Assembly (NCBI RefSeq): GCF_003334255.1 | Contig: NZ_QOWU01000012.1 | Reading direction: 5' to 3' (one strand) | Length of the DNA stretch: 64,000 bases | From: Escherichia coli | GTDB taxonomy: Bacteria > Pseudomonadota > Gammaproteobacteria > Enterobacterales > Enterobacteriaceae | Shown: piece after piece, positions 54,567-63,928 of the stretch | Layout of the letters: each line of letters starts with the position of its first letter | Numbering within the stretch: position 1 is the stretch's first letter | Position numbers and translations under genes: made by a program | Notes under the pieces: generated by a model | What the model saw: only the letters and a program-made list of their open reading frames with translations | What the model was told of the DNA's origin: nothing | The model's database searches: none

Positions 54567-55876
54567 CAGATACCTCGCGTCCAGGGAAAATTGAGCGAGG
54601 TGCGCGCCAGCGTTTCGACGGCAATAGCGAGAACCTGCTCGTCAAAATCGAATTTTTCGTTGTGGTGACCTGCCGCCAGTTGTGTGCCAAACACCATGTA
54701 GGAGGCTTGCCCTTGATGTTGCTGCACGCGGGCCATCATTAATGTGGCATCTTCGGAACCCGCAGGCGCTTCAACACGTTCAATGGCCTGATTGACCCCC
54801 GCGACCTGAGCCGCCTGACTTTGCAACCATGCGACCCATTGCGGCGAAGGAGAACTGGCGGTAGCTGCACCCATCAGACGAGTTTCAACGCCGACACCAT
54901 ACATGGTTGCTGCGCCCTGAATCGCTTGTTGTGCACGGTCAAAAACATATTGATTAATGACGTCGCTGGCCCCGCGTGTTTCCACTTTCAGCAACGCCGA
55001 GGCAGGAACAACGTTACGGCCGCTTCCTGCCTGCATAACGCCCACGTTTACTCTGGAAGCTCCTTCGCTGTGCGGGGCGATTGCATGCAGTGCAAGAGTT
55101 GCTTGTGCTGCCGCCAACAAGGCATTGTGACCGTCTTCTGGTTTTGCGCCTGCGTGAGCGGCGGTCCCGGTGAAGTGCGCGTCAAATTTGGTGGTTGCCA
55201 TAAAATTATCACTGCCGCACACCACGGTGCCCGCAGGTACGCCAGTGCCAATGTGCACGGCAGTAAAATAATCAACATCATCTACGACACCTGCATCGAC
55301 CATCGCCCGCGCGCCACGCGTACCTTCCTCTGCAGGCTGAAAAATCAGTTTGATGACGCCATGTAGTCCGGACTCGAACTGTTTAAGGGTATGCGCCAGC
55401 CCAAGCCCAATGGCGGTATGCCCATCATGACCACAGGCATGCATCATTCCGGCGTTACATGACGCAAAACCGTCGCGGTAGGGGCGATGGCTGACATCCT
55501 GCTCTTCACTGAGATCCAGCGCGTCCATATCGACACGGAAAGCCATAACTGGACCGGGGCGACCGGTATCCAGGGTGGCGACAATACCAGTGAAACCACC
55601 TTCAAAAGCCGCAATCCATTGTGCTAGCGCACCCTGTTGACGAGCGCGCTCGAATTCGCGTTGTAGAGTGAGTTCATCAGGTAGTCCCATCCGGCTACTT
55701 TCATTAACTACTTCGCGGCCCAGTGCCAGTGAATAGCCGAGCTGCTGCAATTCTTCCGCAACAAGGGTGGCAGTGCGGAATTCCACCCAGCCAGACTCTG
55801 CATAGTGATGAAAATCACGTCGCCAGTGCGATAATTTTGGGGCAAGTGAATTAACAAATTGATTCAAAGACTCCAT
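54566..55876 (-). CDS. abgA: p-Aminobenzoyl-glutamate hydrolase subunit A (M20 peptidase)
   Basis: ORF track 54566..55891. The ATG at 55876 (MESLNQFVNSLAPKLSHWRRDFHHYAESGW) gives 436 aa. Its stop shares 1 nt with the abgB start codon. Confidence 0.92.
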   Translation of the reverse strand: MESLNQFVNSLAPKLSHWRRDFHHYAESGWVEFRTATLVAEELQQLGYSLALGREVVNESSRMGLPDELTLQREFERARQQGALAQWIAAFEGGFTGIVATLDTGRPGPVMAFRVDMDALDLSEEQDVSHRPYRDGFASCNAGMMHACGHDGHTAIGLGLAHTLKQFESGLHGVIKLIFQPAEEGTRGARAMVDAGVVDDVDYFTAVHIGTGVPAGTVVCGSDNFMATTKFDAHFTGTAAHAGAKPEDGHNALLAAAQATLALHAIAPHSEGASRVNVGVMQAGSGRNVVPASALLKVETRGASDVINQYVFDRAQQAIQGAATMYGVGVETRLMGAATASSPSPQWVAWLQSQAAQVAGVNQAIERVEAPAGSEDATLMMARVQQHQGQASYMVFGTQLAAGHHNEKFDFDEQVLAIAVETLARTSLNFPWTRGI

Positions 55877-56051
55877 AACCTTTCCCGTCATCAGTAAAAA
55901 GTGTGACCCGGTTCACGTAGCGATAGTTTTTACTTATCACTAACTGATTTTTCACAGTTTTAACCGTTCATAAATTACCCTGACACAATCATCTGCATTA
56001 AAGTAGATGCCAGTTTCTTTGGTCTGATAAATAACGGTTATCGGTGGCGTC

Positions 56052-56960
56052 ATGGCTTTTCAGGTAAAAATTCATCAAATTCGGGCTTTTGTTGAAGTGG
56101 CTCGTCAGGGCAGCATTCGCGGAGCGAGCCGAATGTTGAATATGTCGCAACCGGCACTGAGTAAATCTATTCAGGAGCTGGAAGAAGGGTTAGCGGCGCA
56201 ACTCTTTTTTCGCCGTAGTAAAGGCGTGACGTTAACTGATGCCGGTGAAAGTTTTTATCAGCACGCCAGCCTTATTCTTGAAGAGCTCCGCGCAGCCCAA
56301 GAGGATATTCGCCAACGACAAGGGCAACTGGCAGGGCAGATTAATATCGGCATGGGGGCCAGTATTTCCCGCAGTCTGATGCCAGCTGTCATATCTCGTT
56401 TTCATCAGCAGCATCCGCAGGTAAAAGTACGCATTATGGAAGGGCAACTGGTGTCGATGATTAATGAATTGCGTCAGGGAGAACTGGTTTTCACCATCAA
56501 TACCTATTATCAGGGACCGTACGACCACAAATTTACTTTTGAGAAATTATTGGAAAAGCAATTCGCGATCTTTTGCCGCCCGGGACACCCCGCCATTGGT
56601 GCCCGTTCGATCAAACAGTTACTGGATTACAGCTGGACAATGCCGACGCCACACGGCAGCTACTACAAACAGTTGAGTGAATTGCTTGACGATCAGGCGC
56701 AAACGCCACAGGTCGGTGTAGTCTGCGAGACGTTCTCAGCCTGTATCAGTCTGGTGGCAAAAAGCGATTTTCTCAGCATACTGCCTGAAGAAATGGGCTG
56801 CGATCCCTTGCACGGACAGGGGCTGGTGATGTTGCCGGTTAGCGAAATTTTACCGAAAGCGGCCTATTATTTGATTCAGCGGCGTGATAGTCGCCAGACA
56901 CCACTGACCGCGTCATTAATCACGCAATTTCGGCGAGAATGCGGCTATCTGCAAAGTTAA
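56052..56960 (+). CDS. abgR: LysR-family regulator of the abg operon
   Basis: 302-aa ORF with the HTH IRAFVEVARQGSIRGASRMLNMSQPALSKSIQELEEGL, divergent from abgA. Confidence 0.93.
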   Translation: MAFQVKIHQIRAFVEVARQGSIRGASRMLNMSQPALSKSIQELEEGLAAQLFFRRSKGVTLTDAGESFYQHASLILEELRAAQEDIRQRQGQLAGQINIGMGASISRSLMPAVISRFHQQHPQVKVRIMEGQLVSMINELRQGELVFTINTYYQGPYDHKFTFEKLLEKQFAIFCRPGHPAIGARSIKQLLDYSWTMPTPHGSYYKQLSELLDDQAQTPQVGVVCETFSACISLVAKSDFLSILPEEMGCDPLHGQGLVMLPVSEILPKAAYYLIQRRDSRQTPLTASLITQFRRECGYLQS

Positions 56961-56967
56961 AACTGCA

Positions 56968-57062
56968 TAAAAAAATAGAGTCTGTCGACATCCGCCAGAC
57001 TCTATAGTACACACAGCAGTGCATCCGCGTCTTAAGTCCGGCATTGTCTCCTCTGCGCCGGT
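56968..57062 (-). ncRNA. mcaS: McaS (IsrA) small regulatory RNA, 95 nt
   Basis: The reverse complement reads ACCGGCGCAGAGGAGACAATGCCGGACTTAAGACGCGGATGCACTGCTGTGTGTACTATAGAGTCTGGCGGATGTCGACAGACTCTATTTTTTTAT. This matches my memory of McaS and ends in a 10-bp terminator stem plus a U run. Its abgR/smrA intergenic position is the same as in K-12. Confidence 0.85.
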
Positions 57063-57068
57063 GACTGT

Positions 57069-57098
57069 GTTATAACGGTTTTAACCTTTAGTTGCCAA
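57069..57098 (-). promoter_or_regulatory. Candidate sigma-70 promoter of mcaS (TTGGCA-N18-TATAAC)
   Basis: The hexamers were read on the minus strand. The -10 element ends 6 nt before the inferred 5' end at 57062. Confidence 0.4.
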
Positions 57099-57289
57099 TT
57101 TTCTTCAGTGACAGATTTCACGAAAATATAAGTTACATTATTAATATCGTGAATGAATAATCATGCATAAGCATTTTGCTTAAAATATCGGCAATATTTG
57201 GAACTTATTACTGGAATTTTGGGTAATACGTTGTTGGACCGACCCGGTCTGGTTATCATATCGCGCTCTTAATTGCGGGAGGATGTAAC

Positions 57290-57853
57290 ATGAACCTTGA
57301 CGACAAATCGCTGTTTCTTGACGCCATGGAAGATGTCCAGCCGCTGAAACGTGCTACCGATGTCCACTGGCATCCAACGCGTAACCAACGTGCGCCGCAG
57401 CGTATCGACACGCTGCAACTTGATAATTTCCTCACCACCGGATTTCTCGACATCATCCCACTAAGTCAGCCGCTGGAGTTTCGGCGGGAAGGGTTGCAAC
57501 ATGGGGTGCTGGATAAGCTGCGCAGTGGTAAATATCCGCAACAGGCGAGCCTGAATCTTTTGCGCCAGCCGGTGGAAGAGTGCCGCAAAATGGTGTTCAG
57601 TTTCATTCAACAAGCCCTGGCGGATGGTTTGCGTAATGTGCTGATTATTCATGGTAAAGGGCGGGAAGATAAATCGCATGCCAATATTGTCCGCAGCTAT
57701 GTGGCGCGCTGGCTGACCGAATTTGATGATGTTCAGGCATATTGCACCGCGCTACCGCATCATGGCGGCAGCGGGGCGTGTTACGTCGCACTACGTAAAA
57801 CGGCGCAGGCGAAGCAAGAAAACTGGGAGCGCCACGCTAAGCGCAGTCGTTGA
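57290..57853 (+). CDS. smrA: Smr-domain DNA endonuclease
   Basis: 187-aa ORF with a C-terminal Smr domain (VLIIHGKG). Recognised as YdaL/SmrA. Confidence 0.92.
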   Translation: MNLDDKSLFLDAMEDVQPLKRATDVHWHPTRNQRAPQRIDTLQLDNFLTTGFLDIIPLSQPLEFRREGLQHGVLDKLRSGKYPQQASLNLLRQPVEECRKMVFSFIQQALADGLRNVLIIHGKGREDKSHANIVRSYVARWLTEFDDVQAYCTALPHHGGSGACYVALRKTAQAKQENWERHAKRSR

Positions 57854-57873
57854 TCTCGAGACGCATCCGCGGC

Positions 57874-59106
57874 TTATGCCGCCAGCACGCGGTTGCGTCC
57901 ATCATTTTTCGCCCGATACAAAGCATCATCTACGCGTTTAAACAGTTCATCGATGCTTTCATTTCCTTCGTGATGCGCCACACCAATGCTGACGGTAAAG
58001 CGTGGTAAGCCCGAAATACTCACTTTTGCCACGCTTACGCGGATAGTTTCAGCCAGCGAAAGCGCGGTATCCAGTGGGGTTCTTGGTAGCAATAAGACAA
58101 ACTCTTCGCCTCCCCAACGAAACACCAAATCGCCTTTGCGAGCGCAACTTTCGAGGGTGCGGGCGAGGGCGCATAACACCTCATCACCTTTAGAATGCCC
58201 ATAGAGATCGTTAATGTGTTTAAAACGATCGGTGTCGATGAGCAACAAGCTGTAATCCTGGGCAATGGCGAGGTGCTGCATTTGGCCTGGTTCCGTAATG
58301 TGATAAAACTGTCGCCGATTCAGTAATCCGGTCATCGCGTCATGGTGGGCAGCATGTTCCAACTGCTCCTCCAGCCGTTTTTGCTCAGTAATATCATGCA
58401 CAATACATAACATGAGCTTGTCGCCATAAATTTCAATCGGCCCGGCATAGGTCTGCACATGACGAGTCGAACCATCCGCCAGTTTATGAACAAAATTCAA
58501 AGGTTTATGACCGCCGGGTAAATGCGAAATTTCATGCATGATAGGCATGACGCGACGCCCGAGCATATTTATTTCCCAGGTATGTTTCTGGCACATCGTT
58601 TCATGGTTATAACCATAGAAATTGAGCGCGGCGAGGTTAGCATCGACGATTTGGCCATCTCGTGAGGGGTCAATCAACAACATTGGTGCAGAGTTAGTCA
58701 GAAAAAAGCGCGCATAAAAACCTTGTTTTTTGCGCTGATAATTTGCCGAGCGACTGGCTTTTAAACCCAGCGTTGCCGGCGCTTCGATACCTTCGAAAAT
58801 AATCACCGGTTCTGTTTCTGTCAGCTCTCGCAAAACAAGCCGACAGCTTAATGCTGTTTCCTCTTCTTTACGCTGAACAGTGAGGATTTCGATAATATCG
58901 TGTTGGTTTTGCAGATCGGAGAGGTATTTCGGCAGTTCTTTTTGTGAGGAGACGGAATAGGGACCGGTTCGTAGCTGACTAAACGTGAGGTCTTGCATCA
59001 ACAGTCGCGCCGCGCTATTGGCATAAATTAACTGTTCCTCAAAGGGCGAAACGATCCAGACAGGACTGGTGAGTAAGTCCAGGGTATTGAAGTTGTGCGT
59101 AATCAT
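57874..59106 (-). CDS. dgcM: Diguanylate cyclase (PAS-PAS-GGDEF)
   Basis: ORF track 57874..59166. The ATG at 59106 (MITHNFNTLDLLTSPVWIVSPFEEQ) gives 410 aa. The active site is GGEEF. Confidence 0.92.
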   Translation of the reverse strand: MITHNFNTLDLLTSPVWIVSPFEEQLIYANSAARLLMQDLTFSQLRTGPYSVSSQKELPKYLSDLQNQHDIIEILTVQRKEEETALSCRLVLRELTETEPVIIFEGIEAPATLGLKASRSANYQRKKQGFYARFFLTNSAPMLLIDPSRDGQIVDANLAALNFYGYNHETMCQKHTWEINMLGRRVMPIMHEISHLPGGHKPLNFVHKLADGSTRHVQTYAGPIEIYGDKLMLCIVHDITEQKRLEEQLEHAAHHDAMTGLLNRRQFYHITEPGQMQHLAIAQDYSLLLIDTDRFKHINDLYGHSKGDEVLCALARTLESCARKGDLVFRWGGEEFVLLLPRTPLDTALSLAETIRVSVAKVSISGLPRFTVSIGVAHHEGNESIDELFKRVDDALYRAKNDGRNRVLAA

Positions 59107-59339
59107 TGAGATCCCGTTATTTTTATCAATTTTTGTTGCTATCCGATCGCAAAAAAGCCACGTCATATGATCAGATAATTCTGATAATGATAGACGCTAT
59201 TTAACACTTCACACGGTTTGTATACGGAAAAGCATTTTGCTTTTTGTATTCAATTTAGACAGAATTTTATTAATCATTTCAGGGTAATGGGGTGATGAGA
59301 TGTTGCGTAACAGGGCCAGAAGGCTAGACTACAAAATAA

Positions 59340-60344
<1,005 letters not shown>

Positions 60345-60390
60345 CAAAAGCAATTTTTCCGGCTGTCTGTATACAAAAACGCCGCAAAGT

Positions 60391-60404
60391 TTGAGCGAAG
60401 TCAA
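60391..60404. promoter_or_regulatory. FNR box of the fnrS promoter (TTGAGCGAAGTCAA)
   Basis: Matches TTGAT-N4-ATCAA at 8 of 10 positions. It is centred about 42 nt upstream of the fnrS 5' end, which is class II FNR geometry. Confidence 0.7.
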
Positions 60405-60439
60405 TAAACTCTCTACCCATTCAGGGCAATATCTCTCTT

Positions 60440-60561
60440 GCAGGTGAATGCAACGTCAAGCGATGGGCGTTGCGCTCCATATTGTCTTACTTCCTTTTTT
60501 GAATTACTGCATAGCACAATTGATTCGTACGACGCCGACTTTGATGAGTCGGCTTTTTTTT
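60440..60561 (+). ncRNA. fnrS: FnrS small regulatory RNA, 122 nt
   Basis: GCAGGTGAATGCAACGTCAAGCGATGGGCGTTGCGCTCCATATTGTCTTACTTCC...GCCGACTTTGATGAGTCGGCTTTTTTTT matches my memory of FnrS and ends in a terminator hairpin plus eight T residues. Its zntB/dbpA intergenic position is the same as in K-12. Confidence 0.88.
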
Positions 60562-60618
60562 GCCTGTTATTTATCAGCGTCTACCCTTTAAGAGTCCACC
60601 CAATGACCGGAGGGAAAT

Positions 60619-60792
60619 ATGACGACACTTATTTATTTGCAAATTCCTGTCCCTGAACCGATTCCTGGCGATCCTGTTCCAGTGCCCGATCCGATCCCTC
60701 GCCCGCAACCCATGCCTGACCCACCACCCGATGAAGAACCGATTAAATTGTCGCATCGTGAGCGTAGATCTGCGAGGATACGCGCCTGCTAA
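60619..60792 (+). CDS. 57-codon proline-rich small ORF immediately upstream of dbpA
   Basis: My translation is MTTLIYLQIPVPEPIPGDPVPVPDPIPRPQPMPDPPPDEEPIKLSHRERRSARIRAC. GGAGG lies 5 nt upstream of the ATG. The ORF is below the 60-aa cut-off of the track, and coding status is unproven. Confidence 0.5.
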   Translation: MTTLIYLQIPVPEPIPGDPVPVPDPIPRPQPMPDPPPDEEPIKLSHRERRSARIRAC

Positions 60793-60821
60793 CTTTGCGT
60801 CGATGACCACGAGAATAGATT

Positions 60822-62195
60822 GTGACCGCTTTTTCTACCCTGAATGTTTTGCCTCCCGCCCAACTCACGAACCTTAATGAGTTGGGTTATTTAACCATGA
60901 CGCCGGTGCAGGCCGCCGCGCTTCCGGCGATCCTTGCCGGAAAAGATGTTCGCGTGCAGGCGAAAACCGGCAGCGGCAAAACGGCGGCTTTTGGCCTCGG
61001 CTTGTTACAGCAAATTGATGCGTCGCTATTTCAGACCCAGGCTTTAGTGCTGTGTCCTACGCGTGAACTGGCGGATCAGGTGGCTGGTGAATTGCGTCGG
61101 CTGGCGCGTTTTCTGCCAAATACCAAAATTTTGACGTTGTGCGGTGGTCAACCGTTCGGTATGCAGCGTGATTCGTTGCAACATGCGCCGCATATTATCG
61201 TGGCAACGCCGGGTCGTTTGCTGGATCACTTGCAAAAAGGCACGGTATCACTGGATGCGCTGAATACTTTGGTGATGGATGAGGCCGACCGCATGCTGGA
61301 TATGGGATTTAGCGATGCCATTGATGATGTCATCCGTTTTGCGCCTGCATCTCGACAGACGCTTCTGTTTTCGGCAACCTGGCCGGAAGCCATCGCCGCA
61401 ATCAGCGGACGAGTGCAACGCGATCCTTTGGCGATTGAAATTGACTCAACAGATGCTTTGCCACCCATTGAACAACAATTTTATGAGACATCCAGTAAAG
61501 GCAAAATTCCTCTGTTGCAACGGTTATTAAGCTTGCATCAGCCATCCTCTTGTGTGGTGTTTTGCAATACCAAAAAAGATTGCCAGGCTGTCTGCGACGC
61601 GCTGAATGAAGTAGGGCAAAGTGCATTGTCGTTACACGGCGATCTGGAGCAACGCGATCGCGATCAGACCCTGGTACGTTTTGCTAACGGTAGCGCCCGT
61701 GTACTGGTTGCGACTGATGTTGCTGCGCGCGGTCTGGATATTAAATCGCTTGAGCTGGTGGTGAACTTTGAGCTGGCGTGGGACCCTGAAGTTCATGTAC
61801 ATCGCATCGGTCGTACAGCTCGTGCAGGAAATAGCGGTCTGGCGATCAGTTTCTGTGCTCCGGAAGAAGCACAGCGGGCCAATATCATTTCTGACATGTT
61901 GCAGATAAAACTTAACTGGCAAACGCCGCCAGCTAATAGTTCCATTGTGCCGCTGGAAGCAGAAATGGCAACGTTGTGTATCGATGGCGGGAAAAAAGCC
62001 AAAATGCGCCCGGGTGATGTTTTAGGTGCACTGACAGGAGATATCGGGCTTGATGGCGCAGATATTGGCAAAATCGCCGTGCATCCGGCGCATGTCTATG
62101 TCGCGGTCCGTCAGGCTGTTGCTCATAAAGCATGGAAACAGTTACAGGGCGGGAAGATTAAAGGAAAAACGTGCCGGGTGCGGTTATTAAAATAA
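60822..62195 (+). CDS. dbpA: ATP-dependent DEAD-box RNA helicase DbpA (23S rRNA hairpin 92 specific)
   Basis: 457-codon ORF with a GTG start and the motifs AKTGSGKT, DEAD, SAT and HRIGRTAR. Recognised as DbpA. Confidence 0.96.
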   Translation: MTAFSTLNVLPPAQLTNLNELGYLTMTPVQAAALPAILAGKDVRVQAKTGSGKTAAFGLGLLQQIDASLFQTQALVLCPTRELADQVAGELRRLARFLPNTKILTLCGGQPFGMQRDSLQHAPHIIVATPGRLLDHLQKGTVSLDALNTLVMDEADRMLDMGFSDAIDDVIRFAPASRQTLLFSATWPEAIAAISGRVQRDPLAIEIDSTDALPPIEQQFYETSSKGKIPLLQRLLSLHQPSSCVVFCNTKKDCQAVCDALNEVGQSALSLHGDLEQRDRDQTLVRFANGSARVLVATDVAARGLDIKSLELVVNFELAWDPEVHVHRIGRTARAGNSGLAISFCAPEEAQRANIISDMLQIKLNWQTPPANSSIVPLEAEMATLCIDGGKKAKMRPGDVLGALTGDIGLDGADIGKIAVHPAHVYVAVRQAVAHKAWKQLQGGKIKGKTCRVRLLK

Positions 62196-62243
62196 TGAAA
62201 TGTTGAATTGCCGGGTGCAAGAGTAAACATCTTATTCGGGATT

Positions 62244-62313
62244 GCCGGATGCGACGCTGGCCGCGTCTTATCCGGCCTCCATAAGAGTAGCCCGATACGC
62301 TTGCGCATCGGGC
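62244..62313. repeat. REP elements between the convergent genes dbpA and ttcA
   Basis: GCCGGATGCGACGCTGGCCGCGTCTTATCCGGCCT is a canonical REP. A second palindrome, GCCCGATACGCTTGCGCATCGGGC, follows it. Confidence 0.8.
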
Positions 62314-62323
62314 GCGATCCTGG

Positions 62324-63259
62324 TTATTTCACTTCAACCACATTCAGCCGTAACTCATCCAACTGATTTTCATCTTCTTCTGGCTGCCAGCCCGCCGGTT
62401 GTAGTGGGATCTCTTCGCGATCAAACGCCAGATCACCCCCGTTAACCACTTCAGAACCGTGGGTAATGCCTTTGAAATCGAACAGGTTGGTATCGCACAG
62501 ATGCGACGGCACCACATTCTGCATCGCGCTGAACATCGTCTCGATACGCCCTGGATAACGTTTATCCCAGTCACGCAACATGTCAGCAATCACCTGACGT
62601 TGCAGGTTAGGCTGTGAACCGCACAGGTTGCACGGAATAATCGGGAACGCTTTTGCATCGGCAAATCGCTGAATATCTTTCTCGCGGCAGTAGGCCAGCG
62701 GACGAATAACGATATGTTTGCCATCATCGCTCATCAGTTTCGGAGGCATACCTTTCATCTTGCCGCCGTAGAACATATTTAAGAACAACGTTTGCAGGAT
62801 ATCGTCACGATGGTGGCCCAACGCGATCTTCGTCGCCCCCAGTTCCGTTGCGGTACGATAAAGGATACCGCGACGAAGGCGAGAACACAGTGAGCAAGTG
62901 GTTTTGCCCTCTGGAATCTTCTCTTTCACGATACCGTAAGTGTTCTCTTCGACAATCTTGTACTCAACGCCCAGCTTTTCAAGATACTCGGGCAGAACGT
63001 GTTCCGGGAAGCCCGGTTGCTTTTGATCGAGGTTAACAGCTACCAGCGAAAAATTGATTGGCGCGCTTTGCTGCAAATTGCGCAGAATCTCCAGCATGGT
63101 ATAGCTGTCTTTACCCCCGGAGAGGCAAACCATGATGCGATCGCCTTCTTCAATCATATTGAAGTCAGCAATGGCTTCGCCCACGTTACGACGCAGACGT
63201 TTTTGTAATTTGTTCAGGTTGTATTGTTCTTTCTTTGTAACTTGTTGATTTTCTGGCAT
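62324..63259 (-). CDS. ttcA: tRNA 2-thiocytidine(32) synthetase (PP-loop ATPase)
   Basis: ORF track 62324..63289. The ATG at 63259 ([24 protein letters not shown]) gives 311 aa. The PP-loop SGGKDS and CxxC motifs are present. Confidence 0.93.
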   Translation of the reverse strand: MPENQQVTKKEQYNLNKLQKRLRRNVGEAIADFNMIEEGDRIMVCLSGGKDSYTMLEILRNLQQSAPINFSLVAVNLDQKQPGFPEHVLPEYLEKLGVEYKIVEENTYGIVKEKIPEGKTTCSLCSRLRRGILYRTATELGATKIALGHHRDDILQTLFLNMFYGGKMKGMPPKLMSDDGKHIVIRPLAYCREKDIQRFADAKAFPIIPCNLCGSQPNLQRQVIADMLRDWDKRYPGRIETMFSAMQNVVPSHLCDTNLFDFKGITHGSEVVNGGDLAFDREEIPLQPAGWQPEEDENQLDELRLNVVEVK

Positions 63260-63541
63260 TATATTTTTCTCAAGACCCTTCAGGGGCATATAAGAGGCAA
63301 ATTTTAGTAAAGTACTTACCCAATGTTAAGCGAAAAATATGTAGTTTCTCTTAGTTGAGCATCTTTAAATCGCTGCGTAAGTATCTTAACATTGTTGTTA
63401 ACGTCTATAGTTATTTCACTGATACATGAGTTTAAATTAAAATGTGTTAAAATATTTATTTGGTTTAAGATGATTTTTCTTTATTATGTAGCGGGATTTA
63501 TATCCCATTGTAAAGAAAAGTTGACATTTATTGGGGGTAAC

Positions 63542-63928
63542 GTGAGCGATATTCTGTCATGGATTGAGGTTGGTAAACTTTCAGCTGAAAGGGATGATAA
63601 TCTTGTACATTACTTCTTTGATAATGGGGTGCTTCAAAGCGTAATTAATACTCCATCATCTTTTTTAATTCTTGGAAGAAAAGGTGCTGGTAAAACAGCT
63701 CTTTTTCGTTATCTAACAAATAATCCCAGACAATATCTAAAAGAGAATGAAGTATTAGTATCTTTATCTTTTGAAGACTACAATTGGCGAGTTCATTCTC
63801 TGCTCAGTAATGAATATGCTGCTGAGTCATTAGCATATAAACAGTCTTGGAAATTTGTAATTTTAGTTGAAGTTATTAAGGCTTACTTAAAATATTTAGA
63901 AGAAAAAAGATTAACAATACCTAGGTAA
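63542..63928 (+). pseudogene. 5' fragment (127 native codons) of an unrecognised P-loop NTPase gene, truncated by IS1
   Basis: ORF track 63392..63928. The likely start is GTG at 63542 (GGGGG 6 nt upstream), reading (M)SDILSWIEVGKLSAERDDNLVHYFFDNGVLQSVINTPSSFLILGRKGAGKTALFRYL, with Walker A GRKGAGKT at residues 45-52. The frame is closed by a TAA that lies inside the IS1 terminal repeat. The sequence is AT-rich. Confidence 0.7.

Noticed and set aside
54821-55366. 181-codon plus-strand ORF opposite abgA
   Set aside because: It is a shadow ORF in a GC-rich gene, is Cys/Arg-rich, and has no start context.
60438-60656. 72-codon plus-strand ORF in the track overlapping fnrS
   Set aside because: It starts inside the FnrS sRNA and reads through its terminator. 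The FnrS identity is well supported, and the ORF has no RBS.
60574-60810. 78-codon minus-strand ORF opposite the proline-rich small ORF
   Set aside because: It is a Gly/Arg/Trp-rich mirror image of the proline codons, has no SD, and runs antisense towards the FnrS terminator.
63392-63541. Upstream 50 codons of the track ORF 63392..63928 (MLLTSIVISLIHEFKLKCVKIFIWFKMIFLYYVAGFISHCKEKLTFIGGN)
   Set aside because: This is extremely AT-rich (a hand-counted 60-nt line gives 18% G+C), low-complexity Ile/Phe/Lys-rich sequence, typical of translated promoter DNA. The GTG at 63542, preceded by a G-rich SD, is a more credible start. The choice remains uncertain.
63260-63541. Expected a Rac-type integrase gene or recognisable att repeats next to ttcA
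   Set aside because: No integrase-like ORF is present on either strand in the 740 nt available. I therefore make no prophage call, only the composition shift and the NTPase fragment.
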